A stretch of 64,000 bases of DNA from Eledone cirrhosa (lineage: Eukaryota), in assembly GCA_964016885.1 (NCBI GenBank), contig OZ024746.1, positions 35,712,001 to 35,776,000 of the forward strand, written 5' to 3'. Shown piece after piece: positions 48,885 through 64,000 of the stretch; the first letter of the stretch is position 1, and each line of letters begins with the position of its first letter. The position numbers and the translations under genes are program-made. Below the pieces are notes generated by a model. That model saw only the letters and a program-made list of their open reading frames with translations. It was not told where the DNA came from and ran no database searches.

Positions 48885-51525
48885 CTGTTGAAACCTGGAA
48901 CATGTTTTAAGAGGAACATGATAATAATAGATAGCAAGCCGAACTACATCGAGGCAATGCAACCCCACATCACCAACACGAGCGAAGTTGCACAACTAAC
49001 ACACGATGGGAAAGAAAAACTCCTCAACGCTCATATGATGATGTGGACTGACTTCCTAAAGCCAAGCAGACGCACTGCCAACAACTTCCAGGCGTCTAAC
49101 AATGGCATACCACCCTTGTATGGGCTCCGCAAAGACCACAAGACAGTCGACGACCCGACAACAGGACCACCAACAGGACCCGTATGCGGAGCTAATATAG
49201 CTAGCACCTACAGGATATCCTACTTCCTCTCAATGGTTATACGCCCCATAATCCAGATGTCCCCAGATGTATGTGAAAGTACAGAGGACCTCCTCAGCAG
49301 AATCAGTGAGTGCAACAAAAACAGGAGCCTATCCAACTGCATAATAGGCAGCATGGATGTGGTGTCACTGTACCCATCCATAAACATTGATTTTCCTGTG
49401 AAAAGATGTGTGGAGATGATCATTGAGAGTGAGGTGGAGTTCTGCGACGTCGACACAGACGAACTGGGCCTCCTACTTAGACTTACCTACGACACTGACT
49501 ACCTAGACAGCCATGACCTTAGATGTTTCTGCCCTAGTAGACCTATAAGAGGTAGACCCCCTCCCCACCATAACCTCAATGGCTAAAAAGATTCCCATAG
49601 GAAGGTGGATTGGGTGGACCAAAGCTATACGGACCCCCCAAAACACTGATCAGGTAAGAAAAATGGTCGCACATGCAATAGGGGCTAGTATCAAAACTAC
49701 CCTAAAGGGCCACATATTTAAGTTCAATGAGAAAATCTACACCCAAAATGAGGGAGCAGCCATCGGCGTCAGCATAGCTGGTGATGTTGCCAACCTTTTC
49801 ATGGTATGGTGGGAAAGGAGACTTAAAGATCTCCTTATTGAAAGCTCCATAGACCTCATCATGTACTCTCGTTATGTAGACGATATCAATATAGTTATAA
49901 GAACACCCCCACTAGAGAGCACTAACAAGTTTGATTTAGAATGTAGCACGATGGAAAGCATCCAGCAGATAGCTAATTCCATACACCAGAGTATAACTGT
50001 AACTATCGACTTCCCTTCCAAACACCCTAACAATAGACTACCTGTATTAGACACAGAACTCTGGATTAACACTATAGACGAGAGAGCCCAAATTCTCCAC
50101 TCACACTATGCTAAACCCAAGGCCTCCAAATACCTGATACTCAAAATCTCAACAATGTCCAGTAGTGCTAAGTTTAATATTCTGATCGCAGATTTGGTAC
50201 GAGTGATGAAGAATGTGTCCAGCATGTGCGACCCAACAGAAATGGAAAGACACATCCAACACTTCATCAACCGCATGCAGTTCTCTGGCTACAACCAAAG
50301 AGACAGAGTCAGAGTATACGAAGGAGCCATGGAAATGTATAAGACCCTCATAGAACTGGACATGAAAGGAATTTGCCCACTATACAGGAGCAAATCATGG
50401 AATAGCTTAGATAGGGCTAGACATAAGACAGGGAAGGCCACATCATGGTACAACAACCAGAGATATCAGAGTGTCATGTTTGTGGACGCCACCCCTGGGG
50501 GGAAATTAGCTAACCAGTGTAGAAAGGCACTGAGAAAGACCCACTTAAAAATAAAGGTGGTAGAAAAGCCAGGAACCACCATAAAATCCCTGATCAGCAA
50601 AACCTACCCTTTTAAAAAAACCCACTGTACCAATAGGAAATGTATCATATGTAAGGTGAACCCCCGGATAAACCGTAAAACTAGAAACGTAGTCTATAGC
50701 ATAAGATGTACAGAGGGTACTTGCAGAAACATGACAACAACATACATAGGTGAGACAGCTCGCAGCATAGGTGAAAGGATAGACCAACACTGGGGGGAAC
50801 TAAAAGGACGAAAAAACGGGTCAGTACTATACGAATATGCTAGGCAACAACATGACGGTAACATAGACAACATAGAAATTAGAATAATATCTAAACATAG
50901 GAATGACCCAGCAGATAGGCAAATCAGAGAGGCCAGTGAAATAGAAATTAGAAGACCAAAGCTAAACAGAAAGAATGAGTGGAACAACAACAACACCCAA
51001 ACAAACAACACTGACCTAAGAGAAGTATAAATAAGTAAATAAAATAAAATAAAATAAGATAAATGAATACATACACAAGCACAATAACAACAAGCACATA
51101 AACACACACTAGTCACCCAGCACACATAACACTATACACACACGCAAATGCATGCACAAAGAATATAAAATAAAATAAGATAAACAAACAAGCAAATAAA
51201 TAAATATATAGACAGACTGAATAAAAAAATGGCGTAGACATACAACACAACAGGAGGAACAATGAATATAACACCACTGACGATGTTGCAGATGTGCAAC
51301 GAAAGATTTATGTAAATTATGTAAACTATATATATGTGTTTGTATCTATATTGTATCTGTATTATTTTTGACCGTCGGTCAGTCAATGGCAACATTGAGG
51401 ACGGAGTAAGTTAGATCGCAGATATAAAAGACAGCGAGAAGCGAAAACCAACCAAACAGTGAGTGTGTTCTGTTATTAATTCTGGCAATATTACGCAAAT
51501 GTGACCCTCCCCAAGTATAACAATA
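48885..51525 (+). mobile_element. PLE (Neptune/Nematis-like), 5'-truncated, one frameshift at ~49570
   Basis: LYGLRKDHK, GSMDVVSLYPSI, GAAIG, YSRYVDD, CTNRKCIIC, VVYSIRC...YIGETARS, REA.EI....PKLN. The clade is assigned from memory of motifs. Confidence 0.88.
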
Positions 51526-51692
51526 TATATATATATATATATGTATATTCAAATTACACAGCCCAAGTGAAATCAAGAGAAAAATCAAAGAAAATAATTT
51601 TATTGATAAATTCAAACCCAAGCTAAATGATAGTAGAAGTAATAACGCTTAGGGGTATTACTTCTACTATCACTATGACTACGACTACTAGC

Positions 51693-51728
<36 letters not shown>

Positions 51729-52231
51729 AATAATAATAATAAAAGTGATGTTGATGGTGATGATTAATAGAAAATGCGATTTTCATCATTTCTAAAAATA
51801 GCAAAACAATTGTTGCTTTGAATATGATTAATTATTGGTCGTTAGACATGCTCAACCTGCCGTGTCGCTTAAACCAATCAGCTTTAGTAATTCAGTGTAA
51901 CTACACATTGATTGGTCGAAATACAGTTTGCAAGACTTAGGATTCTGGAGCCACTTTTCCCTGTATAAAATATATAAAAGGTAGAACATTTACCCATCTT
52001 TTTACAGTTGAAAATTGCAAACTTGACTGTCACCACATATTATGAACCTGAAGATTGCGAAAGCATGAAAGTACTTGTTCAATTAACACTTAGAATTTAA
52101 TATTCCATCATACTATTTCATTATAATACCATTATAAATTATAAAGGATTGTAAATAAAACGAGTAAATCAGACAAAGTTGGAATTCCTCTTATTAGTAT
52201 AATCTTCTACACACAATCATACACACCCGTG

Positions 52232-52314
<83 letters not shown>

Positions 52315-52349
52315 ATATATATATATATCTATATATATATATATATAAG

Positions 52350-52551
52350 GACGGAAATGCTGTAAGGAACCAGGTGGACCATAACGCACCAAAGTACTCA
52401 ATACTTAGGATAGTAGAGTGGGTAATAGGAACGAGTAGGACCCCGACAGCTGAGTTCAACCCATTTCGACGGCTAATTCTGGACTAGAATTAACCGTCCA
52501 GAATTAGCCGTCGAAACGGCTTGAACTCAGCCGTCGGGGTCCTACTCGTTC

Positions 52552-52554
<3 letters not shown>
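52350..52554. mobile_element. family Z fold-back containing the 3' half of a hammerhead
   Basis: Arms 52427-52484 and 52496-52552. GAAA CGGCT tgaactc AGCCG TC|GGGG at 52513-52539. Confidence 0.8.
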
Positions 52555-52636
<82 letters not shown>

Positions 52637-52642
52637 CACATA

Positions 52643-52731
<89 letters not shown>

Positions 52732-53045
52732 GTACATATATATATGTATATATATATATTTATATATAAGAACGGTAGAGCAATTATTAATTAAAATAAC
52801 AGATTAAAGTTTAAGCAAATAATCGCTGCTTTCACCCTTAACGGGATCTTCTGAAACTAACAAAGTCAATCTGTAAACGCAGAAGTGGATATTTCAAAAA
52901 ACGTTGCAACCGGAGGAAGACAGGAAGACGATACTTTGGTTCTTGGAAACGTTTCCTGGCAAAGAACGGGAAAAATTCCTCATGATTTCTAAAGAATGAA
53001 ACAGTTATAGTCGTGTAGAATCTCATCTATATTAAAACAATATAT

Positions 53046-53089
<44 letters not shown>

Positions 53090-53093
<4 letters not shown>

Positions 53094-55245
53094 TGAGCAT
53101 TCCATTGACTTATATTCATCATGCAGAAACAACATCTGAATATTTCTACAAAGAACATACCCGTACCAAGCAGGAAATCATATATAAAACTCCTGATACA
53201 GAAAACAGACGCTTTCATTAAAAGGTTGCGTTGGCGTACCTTTTATTTCGATAATCCGCGAAAAGCAGACAACATACAGGATAAATTTGTGTTTAAAACC
53301 CATAATAACGCCCGTGTAACCCATGATTCCTACCCTTCGAAAATGATGTCTTGGAACTCATACGGAGTATCAAATTTCGGAATAGGAGCAATTCCTTCCA
53401 GCAGGACCTGAAGAATAGAATTCGTTCTATTAAGGATTCTAATGCCGTGCACGTCCATTCCGACAAAACTGGCAACCTATATGTCGAGCGCAGTACTTAC
53501 CATCAACTATTACATAATGCTGTAACTGAGGATTACCGTTAATCTAATCGGTGCGTCATCAATGAAATCAACGATGCTGGTTTTAAAATCACCTCTGATC
53601 TCAACATCCTGGACCGGACCGAACCTCTGGACCCTATTTCTCCCCACTTTACCCTGAAGGATCACAAATCCAATTTTCCGAACAACCCCTCTATTCGGCT
53701 TATTAAACCAACGAAGTCCGATTCAGGTAGATTTAGTAAAAGGATTCTTGATAGAATTATACCTGAAATTAGACGTTTGTCCCCTCTTGCACTGTAGAAC
53801 AATTATTTAGCGGTGATTGATTGGTTCAATGGCATATGCAACAAGGAACATTGCCGTTTTATCCAATTCGACATCAACGATTACTACTCCTCCATCACTT
53901 TACCACTTCTCCTTAGAGCTATCAATTTCGCTAAAACACTCACAGTTGTTAATGATTCAGAAGTTGATGTCATCCTCAATGCCCGTAAGTCGGTGATTAA
54001 TTTAGACGGCTCTATTTGGATTACAAATCCAATAGTACCCCATTCGCCGTAAGTATGGCGCCAGCGACTCTGCGGAGGTTACTGATCTTATAGGCCTTTT
54101 CCTTCTTTTCTCTATCAAGGACGAATTCCCCAACGTGGGCGGTGGTATGTACCGTGATGATGGTCCTTTGACCATGACTAAGTGCGGACCTCGTGCTTGC
54201 GACAGGTTCAGAGAAGAACTCACACCCTTCTTTAAAGGCTTCAAACTATCTATACACTTTGAGGCCAACGTCTCGGTCGTTAATTACCTCGACGTTACCC
54301 TCAATTTATCGAATGGGTTGCATTACCCGTATAGAAAGCCGAACGATACGCTTAATTACATAAATAAGCATTCCAACCATCCTGCCAGCATAACCAAGAA
54401 CCTGGTAAGAAACGTTTCGTTGAGGCTTTCCCGTCTATCTACTAACGAGCATATTTTCAACGACCATTCCACTTATTACAATGAAGCTCTTGCTCGGACT
54501 GGATTTGTCGATAAGGTAGCATATACAGAGTACGAAAATAGACTTAGAAGAAATAGATCCCGTCGCATTTGTTGGTATAACCCATCATATAATATGGAGG
54601 TGGCCACACCATTAGCTAAGATCTTTCTTTCCCTTATTACGAAGCATTTTCCCCCTACAAATAAACATAGTAACATTTTTAATAGAAATACAATTAAAAT
54701 TTCTTACTCTGCGACTCCTAACGTTGCACATAACATCACAGCTTCAAATTTAGCTAAACTATCTAACCGTAGGAACACGTGCAACGCAGTATTAGTACTA
54801 ACTGTAATTGTAGGAATCGGGTTGATTGCCCCCTTTCCGAGAAATGCCTCTCTAGTAACATTGTCTAAAAATGTAAGGTTGACACACCCATGTCCCGTAG
54901 GGCCTACATAGGGTTAACCGACACTAGATTCAAGCAGCGTTTTTACATGCATACCCATTCTTTTCGTTACCCTCTAAGAAGGAATATGACGTCACTTTCA
55001 GCTTATATCTGGAGTCTAAAAGACAACCACACCCAATATAAGTTACACAGGTAGATCGTAGCTAGGGCTAGATCGTATAACGGAAATAAAAGACCATCTG
55101 ACCTCTGTGCCGCTGAGGCCTTGGAAATACTCTACGCCACAGACCACATCTTAAACAGAAAATCTGAGGCAATTTCGGCTTGTAAACATAAATTGCACAA
55201 AACTTTCCTGTATTACAGCCCTACGTTATACCCTAACGGATAGTA
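53090..55245 (+). mobile_element. near full-length Naiad-type PLE, pseudogenised
   Basis: STKNIPVPS..YIKLLI..RLRWRTFYF, LKDHK, IRLIKPTKS, FIQFDINDYYSSI, MGASDSAEV, MYRDDG, YINKHSNHP, WYNPSY, FNRNTIKISYS, CNCR...CPL..KCL, YIGLT..RFKQRF..H..SF, ACKH. Confidence 0.9.
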
Positions 55246-56886
55246 CGATCTATACGTGGATATTTTACGTCTTGATGTGGTAGCTAAGTATATGTTTGTT
55301 TATACCATTACTTATTTGAATAGGTAAGTATATTACCCGTATGTTTGTGAAGGTACGTATACTTTCTTGTACGTATATTTGATTCTATATGTTATGGCGT
55401 ATAATTTTTTATATATTCTGGCACATATGGTTTGGTTATGTGTATACGGGAGTTTTGCGTCTGTGTGAGTATGCAGGTTCGTACGTATGTAGGGTGTGTG
55501 CATATGTGTACTTCATGTTTTGGTTGACTTAAGTCTCCGAACATTTGTGTATTTACATGTAGGTATGTGTGTGCGCTTGTTATATACGTATTTATTTATT
55601 TATTTACGCTAATTTAACTATTTATTTATGTTTATACACGCACACACACACACACATATTTATATGTGCGTGATTTGTATACCTATGGCAAGTGTTTTCG
55701 CGTATGCCTGTGTATGTACGTAATTGCTTGCGTGTATGTATTTATTTAATTACTATTACCTCTGTATTGTATTTTATTTACTTTATTGTTAACTCTGAAG
55801 CGGAGATTCATTCGGTTTCCTAGTTAGAATTTTAGTCTACGACTTCAGCTCTACCATTTACGTGGTTTTGTCTTTGCGTGCAATTGTTCTCCATGCTCCA
55901 CATATGACATATTATCTTCGTTTTTTCCGTTCATTGCCAGAGAACGTCTCTATGAACCACCTAAGAGAAGATTAGTCTACGACTTCTTTTATACCATAAA
56001 CGTGGTTCTGTCTTTGCGCGTAATTGTTTTTCACCGCTCCTATTAATGACGTATTATATTCGTTTTTTCCCGTTCCTTGCCAGGGAACGTTTCCACGAAC
56101 CAAAGTATCGTCTTCCTGTCTTCCTGCGGTTGCAACTTTTTTTGAAATATCCACTTCTGCGTTTACAGATTGATTTTGTTAGTTTCAGAAGATCCCGTTA
56201 AGGGTGAAAGCAGCGATTCTTTGCTTAAAATTTTAATCTGTTATCTTAATATATATATATATAAATCAGGAAAGAAGGTTTACATGGTTTGCTATACAAA
56301 AAAGTTTTTAATCACAGAGCTTACATTTGTTTCACTGAACTGGTATGTCTAGAGATCGCTATCCGCCTAATTTTGCGTCACTCGATCGCCAATACAGAAT
56401 TATAACCAGTCAGATCTTCGGAACATGCGAGAATGAAGAAAATACACAGGCAAGAAAAGAAAAGAAAATATGGAGTAGTTATGGCATTCAATTAGAACAA
56501 TAACAACAACAATTATTACAACAATGCTATCAATAAACTATTTAAGGAGACCCTGACATTACTTAGGTGGGGGGTATATAATGTATCTAATGTTACGGCG
56601 TGAAAACCAGCTGTCATAAGGCAAAAAGTATCGTAGTGTGTATCAATTTTAAATTATAAAGATAAGCTAGTTTTTACAGTCTTTCTCTTCATCTTCAACT
56701 GTATACATGAGTGGGACCACTGTCAAAGCTCAATAGTTGTAGAGTTAATGTAATACCATAACTGGACTTCACCTAAGTGGACTGCATTTAACTATTATTT
56801 GTTAATCCGTATATATATATATTAAAATAACAGATTAAAATGTTAAGCAAAGAATCGCTGCTTTCACCCTTAACGGTATCTTCTGA

Positions 56887-56981
<95 letters not shown>

Positions 56982-57441
56982 CATATATATATATCAATAA
57001 TATTAATAAATTGAAACTATCTTTATAAAACCATATTTATTTTATTATATATATTACAAGGATACCAACATTTTTGTTATGCCCTCATCAGATAAGATAT
57101 AAAAGTTGTTTTACAGATAGTGACATATTCAAAACAAGGATTTATCCTTTTGAGTTCTGTTTGAATATTAGAATGCTTCTAATCAGTTATAAAATACATT
57201 TGTCGAATAAAAAACAAATTAAATAACTCACTGCTTATATATATAAATATATATATATTTAATACAATAACAGAGATAGTTTAAAGCTAAACTCTGACTG
57301 GTAACCATCTCACTCAACAAACATTAGGTTATATTAAAATATAAACCCAATTTAGGTGTCTGGGGTGCTAACAATATGTATAATGTGGAAAAACCAGTTG
57401 TATTATTGTATGAGATATAATTAAAGTTAAAGTATATCTCT

Positions 57442-57480
<39 letters not shown>

Positions 57481-59199
57481 GGGATACTATTTATGGTTAT
57501 GTATATATTAAAACTTTTTATAGTTATGTATATTTTAAACCCTAAACAGCGAAGATCAGTAATTTATTACTACCTTATTACCAGTAAGATAAATAGCTCA
57601 ATGTAATAACATCAGTTGTTCTACAGAGCAGTTATATATAATTCACAAGAATGAAAGCTATGTTCAAAGCATTTATTCACTTACAATTGTTTCATCCAAA
57701 CCTAGACTTGGACTTTTCGGAGCATTTGTCAATGTTTGTACACATAATTGACCTCCTTCCCAACGCAAGAGACATACAGATACATGTATATATATTGATG
57801 TACAGTGGAGTGGCATATATTATACTATACTACTTTTGTACAGCAATTCAAATTCAAAATCAAAATCAAAATCAAAATCAAAATCAAAATCAAAATTAAA
57901 ATACATTCGGCAAATAACACAGATAATACAAGAGGATAGCTTGATAGGCAGGTCTAGTAGGTAGTGTATGCGTTAGTTACACGTGGAGCATGCAAGTGTG
58001 TCTCATTTTTATACTATTATTGTGTGGCAGGCTGTTACACGTAATGCAAGCACTTTAAGCGGGTAAGCAAGATTATTACGGTGGTTGCAGTGGTATGGTA
58101 TTTTTTGTATAAAACAAAAAAGTATGTGTGCAGAAATATAAAAATAAAAAGAAGAAGCAAAAGAAAGTTTTCGTATCCACCATAATTTTCACATTCAGAA
58201 AAAGTAAGAGACAGTTTCTACATCCATCACATAAGTAACGATGATTCCGTATTGAATGTTTGATGCATTAAAATGAATTATTTTAGCGTATTGAGGCTCA
58301 GTGTTATTTAATCCAAGTTTATAGAATAGGTTGATTCTGCTGCGAGAATTTACAGCGGTTTATTACCTGGAAGTATGTGTGTAATTAAGGGCAGTTAATG
58401 CGTAAAGGGAGGTAACTAGCCTAATCTCAAACTAAATTCATTGTTCTAACATATATTATAAGGCGCCTCAATTGAGTCCCTTTATAGACGGTTATACATT
58501 TATATCTAGTTTCCAATTTGAAATACAGTCTACTCTATCATGGTGTACTAAAGGTATCTATATTAAGTTGATTACTCCCTATTATATAGTGCTACAATTG
58601 AATATTCCATACAAAGTGCCATACCTTTATATCAAAGTTCACTGTAAATGCAGTCTACTCTTAGAACATATGAGGGGACCTATTAGAATTTTGTCTACAT
58701 AACCCCTGGCAAGTTATGGAGCAGCGTATGGCTGTTTGCATGGCAAAACAAAATACATCTGTAGGGCAGACAAATACATCCCTCATTTACAATGTCATTA
58801 ATCTATCCATCAAGTTATACTTGCATATATAATTCATATATAATTCATACATAATTCATTGCAGTACCCTACATACAAATTAGACAGATCTCTTATGCTA
58901 ATAAATTAATCTTATATATATCCAATGTTACCACTCCATACATTTAATTACAAATGCATAAATAATTAATTACCGTATCTAGTATTTAAAATTTATATAG
59001 ATTGTATTGTATCATTATATAATTATAAGTAATTATATTAAAAGGTGTTTATGGGGATATTTCTAGGGTATAAAATTATAGATAGATGGAATGATTTGTG
59101 TCGAGATAGGGTGGATTAGAGAGTGTGGAGTTGTGGTGTAAGGTGTGCTCTTGAGGTGTGGTGTTAGAAGTGGTGATGGGTTCAAGTCCGACATTGATA

Positions 59200-59905
59200 T
59201 ATATTGGGTTTAAAGTTTTGGAAGGAGTGCCGGAAGCGGTGCTGGCACGACGCAAACACTCCGATTTTTTGTTAAGGAGGTTATGGTTTGAGAAGATTAT
59301 AGTATGGGTCTCTAGTAGACAGAGGTTACATAATTTATTAGGTAGTTTGTACGATGCCGCCTTACCTATCACTTCCCCTTGAAGTGTATAAGATCTATTT
59401 CTAGTTTTTAGATAATGTATGTAGCTAGATAGTGAAGTGGAGTTGGCTAGACTGTGTTTTTTGAAAGAATGGAGGAGTGAATTGTATCTGGTTTTGAAGC
59501 AGTTCGAAGTAGCGCCTATATAGGTTTCAGATGAGTTGCTAGTTCTGACGGTGCATGATTATATGATGTCCTTGATTAAGCAGTAATTATCTAAAGGGTA
59601 GGTTCTATTAGATCTACAGTTACAATTATTTTGGATGTTAACCTGCCGGTTATTATGTTGTGTAGAAGTCTGGTTGCTAGGTATTCCATTATGGTTATGG
59701 AGGTAGTCGCTCCTAGCATTATTGCTTTCACTAGTGCTATTACTATTATTACTATTGATATTAGGGTTTGCAGGTATTACGTTGTTTTGAAGGTTTAGCC
59801 ACTGCTGTGTTTTAGTTTGTTGGAAATAAGTATTGATTTTTCTTTTATTGCTACTAGCTATGTGGTAAATAGTTTGCCAAGTCATGCTGTCAGCATAACT
59901 TGGCA
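59200..59905 (-). mobile_element. Naiad-type PLE 3' fragment
   Basis: CNCRSNRTYPLDNYCL, YIGATSNCFKTRY, STSLSSYI, CNLCLLE, LLNKKSE. Confidence 0.8.
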
Positions 59906-60397
59906 AGCTATTTAGAACACTGGTTTAACCGCTTTACTTCCCTCCGAAGAAGAAATATCTCGAAAATTAAGGACATTTAAATACATCTAAGATAAAAGAC
60001 TATTTGTCAACAATATCTTTTGCATTTTCATTCTTTATTATATGGTCATACCTGCATTGTTTTGGCTTTATTATACACATACAAACGTTTATACCTCGTT
60101 ACACAATGCTTCAAGTTAACTATAACTTCCTCCTATCTATATATATATATCAATAATATTAATAAATGGAAACTATCTTTATAAAATCATATTTATTTTA
60201 TTAAACAATTATATATATTACGAGGATACCATCATTTTTGTTACGCTCTCATCAGATAAAATATAAAAGTTGTTTTACAGATAGTGACATATTCAAAACA
60301 AGGACTTATCGTTTTGAGATCTGTTTGAATATTAGAATGCTTCTAATCTGTTATAAAATAAATTTGTTGAGTAACCAACAAATTAAATAACTCATTG

Positions 60398-60436
<39 letters not shown>

Positions 60437-60482
60437 GTGTGTAAATATATATATATATATATATATATATACATGTGTGTAA

Positions 60483-60519
<37 letters not shown>

Positions 60520-60536
60520 ATATATATATATGTGTG

Positions 60537-60650
<114 letters not shown>

Positions 60651-60707
60651 TATATATATACATACATAAATAACAGCATAATTATACGCACGCATATATA
60701 TATATAT

Positions 60708-60803
<96 letters not shown>

Positions 60804-60899
60804 TGTGTTTGTATGTATGTATATCCATACATATTTATATATATATATATGCACCTGTAAAAGTATGTGTGTTTGAGGGGGTCTTTTTCTGTATGTATC

Positions 60900-61152
60900 T
60901 AAATAATAAAATCGGAAGGCTCATTTGGCCGGTGCTTATCCCGGTTTTATGGCGTGACACGACTGAGAGTACAAGACCCCCACCTGGATAGGACACAAGT
61001 CCATCGCAGGGTTAATCCCCCAGCTATTGCTGGTACTCATTTTCAGCTGAGTGTACTGGAGCAACGTGAAATTGAGTGTTTTGATTAACAACACGTCACG
61101 CAACACATGAAATGAACCCATGACATTATGATCGTACCACTACGCCACGTGT
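60900..61152 (-). mobile_element. SINE family 2
   Basis: gctggtactcattttcagctgagtgtactggagcaacgtgaaatt. Confidence 0.75.
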
Positions 61153-61307
<155 letters not shown>

Positions 61308-61311
61308 TGAG

Positions 61312-61413
61312 ATTCTACAGGACTAGAACTGTTTCATTTTTTAGAAATCATCAGGAATGTGAGGGAATTCCTGATGATATCTAAAGAATGAAACAGTTCT
61401 AGTCCTGTAGAAT
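61312..61413. ncRNA. two back-to-back family K hammerheads (- 61312-61358; + 61367-61413)
   Basis: ATTC CTGATGA tatctaaagaat GAAA CAG ttctagtc CTG TA|GAAT and its inverted copy 8 bp away. Confidence 0.8.
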
Positions 61414-61497
61414 CTCATCTATATTAAAACTGTTATACTCTTCAATGTATTGAGTACCTTACTTACTGTGGTTACCTCTGATTCAACCCGGAATAAC

Positions 61498-61530
<33 letters not shown>

Positions 61531-61532
61531 AA

Positions 61533-61810
61533 ATATATAAGATCAAAAGATGGTTAAATGAGTTCCATGTATTTTATTATGCGCATTTCAAAAACAAATA
61601 TCATCATGCAATAACATTTGTGTTTTCATCAGATAAAATAGGAAGACATGATATGAAGGTTAAAAACACATGTGGATAGTGCTGTTTTAAATCAACATAT
61701 GAATTATGATCTTATATATTATGTATACTCCAGTCCTACAAACTGTAGAGTGCTTCTTATCCGATATCTGCATTGCTTTATTGTACTACAATAAAACTCA
61801 CCTCCTACAT
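61533..61810. mobile_element. family A rearranged copy, hammerhead on - at 61572-61638
   Basis: Homology to 11186-11601. Confidence 0.85.
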
Positions 61811-62173
61811 ATATATATATGTACATATATATACATATATATATGTGTGCGTGTGTGTATATATGTATTTTTATCCATATATAGACATACCTATATCTAA
61901 ATATGTGTGTGAATGTGGGTGTGTTTATATTCATGCGTTTAGGCGTGTCGTAATTATATATATTCCGTTAACTACTTTTAGAAATGCTAATGAAGTAAAT
62001 AGAATTTTTGTCGATATCGATATTACATCTGTTCTCTACTTCCAGCAATTGCCTAAGGAATGATTTTTAATATAACATAAAACGGTGGAAATGCCGTCTT
62101 AATTTACGATAAAACTCTTCAAGTGGACTAGCTAATCTAAATGTCTCATTATATTTGGCTGTCTACTATTACG

Positions 62174-62275
<102 letters not shown>

Positions 62276-62507
62276 TTGTGTAATTGAGGGACAGTGTTTT
62301 ATCTTTTATACGCTCACGCACGCACACACGCACCACACTTTGATATATATACACATACAAATGTTTATGTATATTGCTCTCCCTTCTCTTTCTATATCGC
62401 TCTTTCCCCCTCCATTGGTATATATATATATATATATCTTTGTTCGTACTGTCTCTCTGTTTTGTTCCAGTTCCATTTTTCACTATACACACACACATAT
62501 ATATAAT

Positions 62508-62997
<490 letters not shown>

Positions 62998-62999
62998 AT

Positions 63000-63365
63000 T
63001 TACAGAACTTCAGTACATATAATTTAACTTTTTTTCTTTGGAGTATATATGAAGAGTTTGTGGGGTTTTCTTATTCTGGAAAAACCTACATATATTTGAG
63101 TAAGTGAGAAACTTCCCTCTTCTAACTGCAGACCGACAACTTGCAGGGTGTGAACATTGAATTTGTTAATTTTCATTGCGTAATTAACTCTTAATGGGAA
63201 TTGCAATAGAAACGATACGGGGGCATCTGTTGGTATTAGCGTCATGCATCGTATACATGCGATGTATCACATACCATATCCAGTGAAGATTTTTTGCTTC
63301 GTAATGTGAGGCTGTATTTCAGTCACAACCATATTTGTCCCATTGCATAGTCTTGGCTTCCATGT
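63000..63365 (-). pseudogene. old Helitron PIF1 helicase C-terminal fragment
   Basis: PRLCNGT, QFPLRVNYAMKINK, TLQVVGL, QIYVGFSRI. Confidence 0.75.
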
Positions 63366-63459
63366 TTCTGAGAAGCTTAATGACTGTGTCTCTCTGCAAT
63401 TCAAGGTTGTGTGGCAGCATATCGGATTGTTTTTTTGTCTCAGTTAATATACATATATC

Positions 63460-63620
63460 ATTTGCTCTGATTTCAAATTCGCTCTCTAACATGTCGATAT
63501 CGTCTGCATATTCAAAGTCACCAACATGGGGACTTTAATAGTAGCTTTATTTTAACCTCAGTGTTAATGTGGAAATCATATTCAAAGGGGAGAATTTCTC
63601 TACTTGCTCTAACTGGTGAA
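63460..63620 (-). pseudogene. LINE reverse transcriptase remnant
   Basis: Reverse complement of 63481-63525 encodes VGDFEYADDIDMLES. Confidence 0.55.
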
Positions 63621-64000
63621 CATTAATTCAAACGCAGACTATGTCCATATAAATTGAACAACCAAGAGAAACAGCTAATTATTTCATAAATAATTTTCCT
63701 AACGATTTCAATTGATAAAAATAAACATAACATTTAATTAGCGATATGAATGTTAATATATTCTGGCTATGAGTCACTACACCCTGTACGTTCTCATTTT
63801 TCATTTACCAATGTTATTCTCCTCTCACTTTCGATTTACCTACATTAGTATCAGTCATCTGCAGACACCGAGACACAACATTGAGTATTGTGTTAAAGAT
63901 TTAGATAGCGCTAAACACTGAGAGAAGTCGTTAGGTGTTATATAGCACTGACTGGATTAATGAAATACAACTGAATCACTTTCATTCCAACCAAGATTTC

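Noticed and set aside
56300-56500. Hydrophobic minus-strand frame ending near a gtaag donor-like site
   Set aside because: Internal stop, no acceptor, and explained by T-rich composition
53090-59905. Selenocysteine (TGA) recoding known in many Naiads
   Set aside because: The conserved Cys positions I could read are TGT/TGC or substituted (SYSA). I saw no in-frame TGA at those sites and no clear SECIS.

Overview
AT-rich eukaryotic intergenic or intronic DNA. The SINE types and the (TA)n/(CA)n density suggest an octopod cephalopod, which is an inference. I find no convincing host exon. The window is a mosaic of decayed retroelements: one R4/Dong-like LINE, RTE fragments, Penelope-like elements (PLEs) of at least three lineages (Poseidon-like, Neptune/Nematis-like and Naiad), Helitrons and two tRNA-derived SINE families. 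The main signal lies between the (TA)n tracts. At least nine sequence-unrelated short non-coding element families each carry a readable type I hammerhead ribozyme (stem I-CTGANGA-stem II-GAAA-short, mostly palindromic stem III-NUH-stem I). Several more carry variant or truncated cores. These modules usually have their 3' ends in (TA)n and recur as fold-backs, nested palindromes or ~630 bp tandems. All folds were read by eye, and element boundaries are approximate.
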